Of a stretch of DNA of 25,382 bases, positions 7,789-15,700 are shown in pieces. A program made the position numbers and the translations under genes. How positions within the stretch are numbered: position 1 is the first letter of the stretch; the number at the start of each line of letters is the position of its first letter. Source of the stretch: a virus. Its lineage: Duplodnaviria > Caudoviricetes. The stretch is from positions 1 through 25,382 of the IMG/VR virus record IMGVR_UViG_3300007734_000510; one strand, written 5' to 3'. Under the pieces are notes generated by a model that was given only the letters and a program-made list of their open reading frames with translations, was not told the DNA's origin and did not search any database.

Positions 7789-8775
7789 ATGAGTTCAGGT
7801 GGCGGCTATAGCGGCGGCATGGGTGGATATGGCGGAGGCTTCGGCCAGCCCCCTATGTTCGGCGGTGGATTTGGGGGCGGCTTTGGACAGCCTCCTCAGT
7901 TTGGCGGCGGATTCGGTGGAGGGTTCGGACAACCGCCTCAATACGGCGGTGGCTTCGGGTCTCCTTATGGCGGATTCAGCGGTGGCTTTGGTCAACCTCA
8001 ACAGTTTGGAGGTGGCTTTGGACAGCCTCAGCAATCTCCCTTTGGCGGTGGGTCTCAAGGCCCAATGCTTCAAGCCCAAGGCCCAAACACCTTCGGCAAT
8101 GCGTATGCACAGAGGTTTCAGAATCCCTCTGTAGGGATGTTCCCCCCGACTTCTCCCAATCCTAACCAGCCTCCTCCGGGGATGGAACTGAACCCGGATT
8201 ATATTGATCGATTTGCTGGTGGGATGGCTGGGACTTTAGAAGTTCGACCGACTGACAATAAGTTCCGTCCTATTCAACAACCCCAGCCTCAAACCGGCGG
8301 CGACGTTCAATATGCCGGAGGCAGTCCCGGTTTTTATGAGGCCCAGTTGCAGGCTCAGCAGCGTCAGGGCGGTCAAGGCTACGGCAATCAGTTTGGCGGA
8401 GACACTCAGGATATTCCTAAGCCAGTTCGTCCGGCTGGTTCTTTTCTTGGCGGACCTTATGACCCTGCGGGTGGTTATCTTGGCGGATACGGTGGCGGAT
8501 ACAGCAGCCCTTACATGTCTTCGGCAATCATGTCAGGACTTGGAAGTTTATTTGGCGGCATGCAAGGCGGTGGGTTCCAAGGGATGTTTAATCCGCAATC
8601 GCAGGCGCAGGCTCAAATGAGGGCGTATCAGCAAAATCAGCAGCGCGATCCTAATCAACCTCCTCCGGGAATGAAACTCAATCCAACTTATGACGCTGGA
8701 TACGCGATGGCTGATGACATGCCGCCGCCCGGTTCAGCCGCTGCGATTAGAAAACAACAATTTATTCCTATTTGA
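7789..8775 (+). CDS. Gly/Gln/Pro/Phe-rich low-complexity protein
   Basis: 328-aa ORF with SD-like AGGAG at 7775-7779, packed between neighbours. Repeats are conserved at the peptide level with varied codons. Confidence 0.75.
   Translation: MSSGGGYSGGMGGYGGGFGQPPMFGGGFGGGFGQPPQFGGGFGGGFGQPPQYGGGFGSPYGGFSGGFGQPQQFGGGFGQPQQSPFGGGSQGPMLQAQGPNTFGNAYAQRFQNPSVGMFPPTSPNPNQPPPGMELNPDYIDRFAGGMAGTLEVRPTDNKFRPIQQPQPQTGGDVQYAGGSPGFYEAQLQAQQRQGGQGYGNQFGGDTQDIPKPVRPAGSFLGGPYDPAGGYLGGYGGGYSSPYMSSAIMSGLGSLFGGMQGGGFQGMFNPQSQAQAQMRAYQQNQQRDPNQPPPGMKLNPTYDAGYAMADDMPPPGSAAAIRKQQFIPI
7831..8052 (+). repeat. Tandem peptide repeat GGGFG(GGFG)QP(P/Q)Q(F/Y)
   Basis: Five 'FGQP' units separated by GGGF blocks in the N-terminal quarter of the 328-aa protein. 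Confidence 0.8.
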
Positions 8776-8776
8776 A

Positions 8777-9220
8777 ATGAACCTTGATATCTCACTCGTC
8801 CCCTACGGAAAGATCGCTTATGTGATCCCGTCTCTCATTCGTTATTTAAACGAGTCGGAGTCATGGGCATTGGGACGAGCGAATATCGATGATCTTGTTC
8901 GGTTTGCATTAACCGGGCAGATGCAGTTGTGGGCGGTCTACGATGAAGAAACCAACGAGATGCATGGTTTCCTGATGACTGAAATCAAGTCATACCCACA
9001 GAAGAAAATGTTTGTGATTCAGTATTGCGCGATGACTTCGAATCACATGAAGCACATTGAGGACAAGATGCACGAAACAGCCGACAAGTTCGCCAAGGAC
9101 ATGGGCTGTCATGGCATTGAGTTCTTCGGTCGCCCCGGATGGGAGCCGCATGTTAAGAAGCGCGGGTACACCGTCAAGACGGTGGTCTTTGAAAAGCATT
9201 TTGATGAGGTGGCGAAATGA
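8777..9220 (+). CDS. GNAT-fold (acetyltransferase-like) virion assembly protein, P22 gp14 / T7 gp13 positional analogue (start re-called from 8690 to 8777)
   Basis: 147 aa from ATG 8777, just after the upstream TGA (8773-8775). Motifs 'MQLW.V', 'TEI..YP.KK', 'FAKDMGC..IEFFGRPGW...K.RGY'. Lies immediately before three ejection-type genes. Confidence 0.65.
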   Translation: MNLDISLVPYGKIAYVIPSLIRYLNESESWALGRANIDDLVRFALTGQMQLWAVYDEETNEMHGFLMTEIKSYPQKKMFVIQYCAMTSNHMKHIEDKMHETADKFAKDMGCHGIEFFGRPGWEPHVKKRGYTVKTVVFEKHFDEVAK

Positions 9221-11091
9221 GTAGCGGTGGCGGCGGCGGTGGTGGTCCACAACAGGTCACCTCAACAGTTACCCAAAGCAATCTTCCTGCCTATGTACAG
9301 CCGTACTTTGAGCAGGTTCTCCAGCGTGGCCTCTTTGAGAGTGCGCGTCCCTATCAGGAATACACGGGCCAGCGTATTGCCCAGTTTGCCCCTGAAGAGA
9401 CTGCTGCCCAGAAGGCCATCACTGGACTTCAGCGTCCTGAGCAGATTGGGATGGCAACGGACATTGCCCGTCAGGTGGGGTATGCACAGACGCCTTCTGG
9501 GTCTGATATTGCAGCCCAGTTCCGACCGGAAGCCATCAGTCCTACCTATCAGGCCACCCAGTTCCAGACCGGATATGCGCCCGGTCAATTTGATGCAGGC
9601 TATCAGGCGGGTCAGGTTGGCCCCGGTTACCAAGCCGGTACCCTGACTCCGGGCTACCAAGCCGGTCAAATCACCTCTGGATATCAGGCAGGACAGTTTG
9701 CTCCGGGGTTCCAATCACGGGAATTCCAGCCGGGTTATCAGGCGGGAACTATCACTCCGGGCTATGAGGCCGGTACGTTTACACCCGGCTATCAAGCAGG
9801 GACATTCAAAGATCGTTTCGAAGCCGGTTCCATGGCGGCTCCCGGAACAATTGAATCTTACATGTCGCCTTATCAGCAGGCGGTTACTGACATTGAGAAG
9901 CGTGAAGCGATTCGCGCTTCTGAGCAGCAGCGTCCTCAGATTGGCGCACAGGCCGTTCGCGCAGGTGCTGTGGGCGGAACCCGATCTGCTCTCCTTGAGG
10001 CAGAGCGTCAGCGTAACTTGGGTCAGCAGTTGTCTGATATCCAAGCCAGAGGCGGTCAGGCGGCATTCCAGCAGGCCCGTGAAGGGTTTGAGGCTGATCG
10101 TGCTGCCCGTCTCAAACAGGCTGAGTTTGGCTTAGGCGCATTCCAAGCACAGGAAGCCGCCCGTCAACGTGCCGGTGAAATGGGCTTTCAGGCTCAACAG
10201 GCTGGCGAACAGGCTCGTCAACGGGCTGCTGAAATGGGCATGAATGCTCAACAGCAGAACGAAGCAGCAAGGCAGGCTCAGGAGCAGTTCCGTCAGCGTA
10301 GTTTTGAGATGGGTGGTCAAGAGCGTCAGTTCGCGGCCAACATCAATCTTCAGGCACAGCAGGCGGCAGAGCAGGCCCGTCAAAGAGCCGCAGAGATGGG
10401 CATGTCTGCACAGCAGCAGCAAGAGGCTGCTCGTCAGGCACAGGAACAGTTCCGGCAGAGCGCGTTCCAGCAGACTGAAGCCGCCAGACAGGCGCAGGAT
10501 CAGTCGGGTTTGGGTCGATTCCAAGCCCAAGAGGCGGCTCGTCAACAGCAGGCTCAGTTCAGAATGCAGGCTCAACAAGCCGGTGAACAGGCCCGTCAGG
10601 AAGCCGCTCGTATGGGACTCTCTGCTCAAGAGCAGACTGACGCAGCCCGTCGCGCACAGCAGCAGTTCCAGATGCAGGCCCAGCAGTTCAATGTGGAACA
10701 GCAGCGACAGAGAGCGATGCTGGGTCTTGAGGGCGCTGCGGCAGATCGTGCTGCATTGGCCCAACGGCTCAGTGCTGCGGAACTACTCTCTGGCCTTGGC
10801 GGAACCCAACAGGAACTGGACCTTCGTCGCATTGCCGCTCAAATGGGCGTCGGTACAGAACGTCGGGGTCTCATGCAGCGGGGTTTGGACCTTGGCTACG
10901 AAGACTTCCTGCGTCAACAGGCGTATGGCCGGGAACAGTTGGGCTATCTCAGCAATCTTTTGCAGGGCGTTCCCATTCAGGCCGGTAGCACTGTTCAGAC
11001 ATTTGGTAGAGTTCCGTCAGCCGGAGAACAGGCATTGGGCGCAGGCTTAGGATCACTGGGCCTGTATCAAGCCCTTGGTCGAGGTGGTTAA
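9217..11091 (+). CDS. Ejection (DNA injection) protein 1 with two internal repeat arrays
   Basis: 624 aa, Gln/Ala/Gly-rich. N-terminal 'T.TQSNLP.Y..PY', core 'YMSPYQQAV...AGAVGG.R', Gly/Leu-rich hydrophobic C-terminus. First gene after the GNAT. Confidence 0.7.
   Translation: MSSGGGGGGGPQQVTSTVTQSNLPAYVQPYFEQVLQRGLFESARPYQEYTGQRIAQFAPEETAAQKAITGLQRPEQIGMATDIARQVGYAQTPSGSDIAAQFRPEAISPTYQATQFQTGYAPGQFDAGYQAGQVGPGYQAGTLTPGYQAGQITSGYQAGQFAPGFQSREFQPGYQAGTITPGYEAGTFTPGYQAGTFKDRFEAGSMAAPGTIESYMSPYQQAVTDIEKREAIRASEQQRPQIGAQAVRAGAVGGTRSALLEAERQRNLGQQLSDIQARGGQAAFQQAREGFEADRAARLKQAEFGLGAFQAQEAARQRAGEMGFQAQQAGEQARQRAAEMGMNAQQQNEAARQAQEQFRQRSFEMGGQERQFAANINLQAQQAAEQARQRAAEMGMSAQQQQEAARQAQEQFRQSAFQQTEAARQAQDQSGLGRFQAQEAARQQQAQFRMQAQQAGEQARQEAARMGLSAQEQTDAARRAQQQFQMQAQQFNVEQQRQRAMLGLEGAAADRAALAQRLSAAELLSGLGGTQQELDLRRIAAQMGVGTERRGLMQRGLDLGYEDFLRQQAYGREQLGYLSNLLQGVPIQAGSTVQTFGRVPSAGEQALGAGLGSLGLYQALGRGG
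9544..9840 (+). repeat. 11 x 27-nt (9-aa) tandem repeat, consensus GYQAG(Q/T)(F/I)xP; degenerate 12th copy from 9517
   Basis: TYQATQFQT/GYAPGQFDA/GYQAGQVGP/GYQAGTLTP/GYQAGQITS/GYQAGQFAP/GFQSREFQP/GYQAGTITP/GYEAGTFTP/GYQAGTFKD/RFEAGSMAA. Confidence 0.9.
10087..10680 (+). repeat. 11 x 54-nt (18-aa) helical tandem repeat, consensus (F/Q)QxxE(A/Q)ARQxxxx(M/F)(G/R)xxA; degenerate 12th copy to 10734
   Basis: FEADRAARLKQAEFGLGA/FQAQEAARQRAGEMGFQA/QQAGEQARQRAAEMGMNA/.../QEQTDAARRAQQQFQMQA with exact 18-residue period. Confidence 0.9.
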
Positions 11092-11094
11092 ACG

Positions 11095-12792
11095 ATGAAC
11101 ATCCTTGAAGCAGAAGACATGGTTAAGGGTCTTCCTGACCAAGTTCTTTTCCAGTACGCCCAGAATCCTCCCCCGCAGATCCCTCAGTACCTAGCGGTCT
11201 CTGAGGTTCAGCGCCGTCAGGAGATGCGTCAACGTTTTCAGGCTCAGTCTCAAGGTCAACAGCCCACCGTTATGGACCAGATCCTTCAGGGTGGTTCCCC
11301 TGAACAAGCCCCTCAGGGTGGTCCTCCGGGCGGTGCGCCTCCGGGTGCAGCCCCTCCGGGTGCGCCTATGGAACAGCCGATGACCGGTGCGCCGATGGGC
11401 GGAATGTTCCGTGGTGGAATGACTCGCATGGCTAACGGTGGACTGACACCGGGTGGCATAGTTTACATGCAGGAAGGACGAACGGTTCCGAACTTCCTGA
11501 GTGCCATCAATTCCAAACTTGAAGAGTATTCCAACGCAAACAGAGCCAGAACTGCGGGCCTTCGTCCGCAAGACCCCAATGCGGTGATTGCTCAAGCAAA
11601 GGATCTTGTGCGTCAGGGCCGCACCCAAGAGGCAGTGGGTCTTTTGAGTCAAGAAGGTATTGACCCCAGTGTGTTGCAGGCTGCTCCTCCTGCACCTCCC
11701 GCACCTCCCGCAGCGCAGATCCCATCACCCGGACCTTCGCGAAGAGGAGCCGTTGAGCCGCCATCCATTACCCCAGTTGGCATTGCTGCTTCGGCACCTG
11801 CCGCTCCTGCCGCCGCACCTGCTGCTGCTCCGGGTCCGGTTGACTTCATGGCTGAACAACGTCAGCCGCCAATGAACTTTTCTCTGCCTGCGAATTTCGG
11901 AATGCCATCTGCTGCCTCTGTTTCTCAGCCTCAAGCGGCACCTCAGGCTGCGCCCCCTGCACCTCCTGCGTCTAATGTTGCGCCCGGTGGCATTGGTGAC
12001 CTCGCGCCTAGACAGCAGACTGGTGGCATCCCAAGTTATCTAGCCAATCTTTTGAAGCCTCAGGAAAGATCACCTGAAGTTCAGGCTGCAATTGATTTAA
12101 ACAGGCAGATGGCGGAACAAGGTCTTCCGGCTCCGGTTGATCTCAGTCAGTACGTCAAGTCTGCACAACAGCGTCAACAAGAAGCCCAAACCGAAGCCCG
12201 TCGTATGGCGATTGCCAATACGCTGATGGGACTGGGTACGGGTCTTGTGGCCGGTGATCCTGCCGCAGGTCTGCAACGTGCCACTCAGATGGCGACTCAG
12301 ACCTTGGCAGAAGGACGCAAGGAAGCGCAGGCTGAAGGTCGCATGGCTGAACAGTTGCAGTTGCAGCAAGCGCAGCAACAGCGTCAGGCCGTTCTGGATG
12401 CAATGAAGTTCCGTAGCGAGTCTGTCAACTCCATTGCCAACCTTGTCTCTGGCGAAGAGAAAGCGAACCGCAATGACAAATTGCAGGCCGCTCAGATCGT
12501 TGCCACTTACAATGCGGCTCTTGATAGAAATCGCGCTGAACTTGAATCTCAGGGTAGACTTGACGAGCGCTCATTGAGAACAGCAAGGACTGCCGCATTG
12601 CAGGCAGCACGAGAAATCTATCTTGCTAACCCGGCTAACGTCACTGGCAAAACCAATGACGAGATCGCCAGAGAACTTAGCGATATGGCTCGTATGTTGG
12701 ACCCGGATTCATTTGGTTCTTCAGGCTCTACTACGGAAACTCCAAGCGGAAAATCTAGGTTTACGATTACTGAAGTCAGAACGGGGCGGTAA
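11095..12792 (+). CDS. Ejection protein 2 (Pro/Ala-rich linker, coiled coils, one Gly-rich hydrophobic segment)
   Basis: 565 aa. Helical N-domain 'KGLPDQ.L.QYAQNP...PQYLAVSE..RR..MR', MFRGG/MANGG motifs, 'IANTLMGLGTGLVAG' segment. Sits between the 624-aa and 2997-aa genes. Confidence 0.65.
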   Translation: MNILEAEDMVKGLPDQVLFQYAQNPPPQIPQYLAVSEVQRRQEMRQRFQAQSQGQQPTVMDQILQGGSPEQAPQGGPPGGAPPGAAPPGAPMEQPMTGAPMGGMFRGGMTRMANGGLTPGGIVYMQEGRTVPNFLSAINSKLEEYSNANRARTAGLRPQDPNAVIAQAKDLVRQGRTQEAVGLLSQEGIDPSVLQAAPPAPPAPPAAQIPSPGPSRRGAVEPPSITPVGIAASAPAAPAAAPAAAPGPVDFMAEQRQPPMNFSLPANFGMPSAASVSQPQAAPQAAPPAPPASNVAPGGIGDLAPRQQTGGIPSYLANLLKPQERSPEVQAAIDLNRQMAEQGLPAPVDLSQYVKSAQQRQQEAQTEARRMAIANTLMGLGTGLVAGDPAAGLQRATQMATQTLAEGRKEAQAEGRMAEQLQLQQAQQQRQAVLDAMKFRSESVNSIANLVSGEEKANRNDKLQAAQIVATYNAALDRNRAELESQGRLDERSLRTARTAALQAAREIYLANPANVTGKTNDEIARELSDMARMLDPDSFGSSGSTTETPSGKSRFTITEVRTGR

Positions 12793-12794
12793 CA

Positions 12795-15700
12795 ATGCCT
12801 ACTTATCGCGTTACGGACTCCGTGTCTGGGGTAACGCTTGATTTAACAGGCGACTCTCCGCCAAACGAGCAAGAACTTCAGGATATCTTTAGAGGATATA
12901 AGCCACCTGAAGCGCCAAAGCCAGAAGAGCAATCTGCTCTTCGTCAGGTTGCTGACGTTCCGTTGCAGTTTGGAACGGGTGTCGCTCAGGGCGTTCGCTT
13001 CATCACTGACGCCTTTGGTGCAGACAATGCTGTATCTGAAAACATCCGTGGTGTAGAGGATTACCTCAGCAATCTTCTCAGCGCACAGGCTAAACAAGAT
13101 CAGCAAGAAGTTGCCCGTATCTTTCAGGACGCTCAGGACAAAGGACTGGGCGAACAGTTGGGTGCCGGTCTTCGCGCATTGGCTGTGTCCCCGGTGGACT
13201 TCCTTGCTCAGGGTCTAGGCACTGCTGTCCCCACTATCGCAGGTGGTCTTGCAGGTGCGGCTCTCAAGGGCGGCACATTGGCGGCTCGTGCTGCAACCGC
13301 CAGTGCGGTGGGTACCGGTATCGGTACTGTGGGTGGCGCAGGTATCACCAAAAGCACCATCTACGATGAGGTTAAACGCGAACTTGAGGCGGCTGGTGTT
13401 GACCCAGAAACCGCTGATGAACGCGCTAAGTTGGCTCAGGAATATGGTGGCGAGAATCTGGATCAGATTCTCCTTGGTGCAGGCTTGGGCGGACTTGCTG
13501 CCGGAACCGGTTTAGAAAAGGTTCTCGCAAGTCGCATCCTCAAGAATGCAGGCATTGTTCCGAAGTCCATCAAGACCGCAGCATTTGCAGGTGCCAAGGA
13601 AGCCGCACCTGAATTCGTTCAGGCTGCACAGGAACAGATTGCAGGCAATGTCGCCCTTCAGCGTGAAGGCTTTGAAGACATTCCCACATTGCGTGGTGTC
13701 GCCTCTGCTGCGGCACTGGAAGGTTCACTTGGATTCTTACTTGGCGCTGGCGTAGATGTCGCACTACCTGCACAACAGCAGCAGGAATACGACGCAGCCC
13801 GTGCCAACATCACCAACGAAGTAGATCGCCAAAGAGAGGCGGCTCTTCGTGAACAAGAGACCATAGACGCACAGAAGTTTATTGCTGCACTGAATGCAGA
13901 GAATAAGCGCCGTCAGCAGGGGCAGGCAGATCAGGTCAATCTTGATGCGGAAGCGGCAAACATTCGCGCCAGAGCGGGAGAGATTGCTCCGCCCACACAG
14001 GATGAAGTCAACACACTGGCTACGCCGATGCGCGGCCCTGATGTGTCCAATGACGTTCAGTTCGGTGTTGCATACGGACAAAAGATTGCACGGGAACTGG
14101 GCGACTACTTCCCCAACTTTGGTCAGTTCGCCGTCACCCAAGGCGAAACGATTCGCAACGAAGCAGGCGAAACGCAGCCGACCTTCACCATCATCGACTC
14201 TGAAGGCAAGCGTTACGGTCAGCCGCTCACGACTTTCGAACAAGCCAACGCCACGGCATACAGTCTCAACAAGGAAGTCCTGAACCAGAATGTTCGGGGT
14301 GCCATCCTCAATTCACTTGAGACTTCAAGTCAGGCTTATGACCCTGAGACCACTCAACGTCTCTTCAGTTACGGCTATCGAACACTGAATCCGGATGCCA
14401 ACACGTTTTCAACGGTTGCCATCAACGAAGCAGCCAAAACCGTTGGCCCTCAGTATGCAGAGGCACTGAGTTGGCGACAGGTTGAAGCACTTCCAGAAGT
14501 CAAGGATCGTCGTGGCCGCAGGATTGGTTATCAGTACACCATTGAGGGGCAACCGCCTAGAACCATCATTGGTTTAACCAAGGCGCAGGAACTTAACAAG
14601 ATGCGTTCTCAGGAAGGAAAACCTGAGAGCAACACCTTCAGTCTGCAAGAGACTAAGTCCGCATTAGGCAAGAGTTTTGCGGCTATCACCAAGGATGTGC
14701 CGATTGATCCAAAAATCGGCAAGCAAGGCGCTATCAATCAGATTAAGTCTCTTCTTCAGTCAAAGAACGTCATATCTGAAATTGATTCCCCAGAAGTTAA
14801 TGCCCTTGCCAAGGGATTGACCGGTAAGAGTTCGGTCAATGACATGGACTATGGCGACATCCGCCTGTTCTACAAGAAACTGGCAGACCTGCCGCGCTTC
14901 GAAAATGAAACTCGTCTCCCTGAATTTACGTTTAAACCATACAACAGGGAGAACTTCGTCAAGGCATCGAAGTTCATTCAGCAGTCCAACGCTCAGGGTG
15001 TAAAGCCTACCCAAGATCAGATCATCGAAGCGGCAGGCATCTCCAAGGATGACCCGAAGATCGATGAGAAGATCACTGCACTACAGGCTGACCTTTCTAA
15101 GCAGGGCGTCAAGAACGAGCCTAAGCCTGTTCTCGCATTGCCTGCTCCTCCGGGTGGAACCATTGACCTAGAGCCGCTACGAAAGGCTCTCCGTGCGAAT
15201 CTCAAAGGGTTCGGCCTACAGGATGTGGGTCTGTCTCTTGAGCGCAATCTGATCAAGCCCACTGGCGAGATCGTCCAAGAGGGAACCGAAGGGATGTTCA
15301 TCCCTGCCATGAGGCGGGTGTTTTTGGCAGTGGATCGCATTGACCCGGACGGATCACTGACTCCTGAGCAGCGTTTAAATGCTCTTAGTGAGATCATGGA
15401 TCACGAGGTCATTCATGCCGCACGGTTTATGGACCTGTGGAAACCCAATGAATGGTCCAATCTGGAAAGGACCATTGCCAAAATTAAGAAGCCGGGTACT
15501 GATCAGAGTTACTTGCAGATCGCCCAACAGGGCTATGCAGATCAGAACACGGTGGTTCAGATCGAAGAAGCCGTCGCAGACATGTGGCGCGACTATCGGG
15601 CCAAGCGTTTAAAGGTCGCTGGCAAACCGCAGAACCTGCTGGAGCGTCTCGCCCAGTTCTTCCAGAGACTCCGTTCTGCTTTGGCCGGAACCGGGTTCCA

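Noticed and set aside
8690-8779. +1 frameshift fusing the 328-aa protein to the GNAT (open overlap, ATT TGA A)
   Set aside because: A good ATG lies immediately after the stop, re-pairing from AUU to UUU is poor, and a 29-codon open overlap is expected by chance.
9544-10680. Periodic DNA that might be a CRISPR array
   Set aside because: The units are contiguous, in frame and vary at synonymous positions. There are no unique spacers and no cas genes.
9262-11050. Long alternative-frame and antisense ORFs (9262-9714 -, 9698-10135 +, 10132-10764 -, 10244-11050 +)
   Set aside because: They are shadows of the Gln/Ala/Gly repeat-coding frame, which is poor in off-frame stops. They show no independent motifs.
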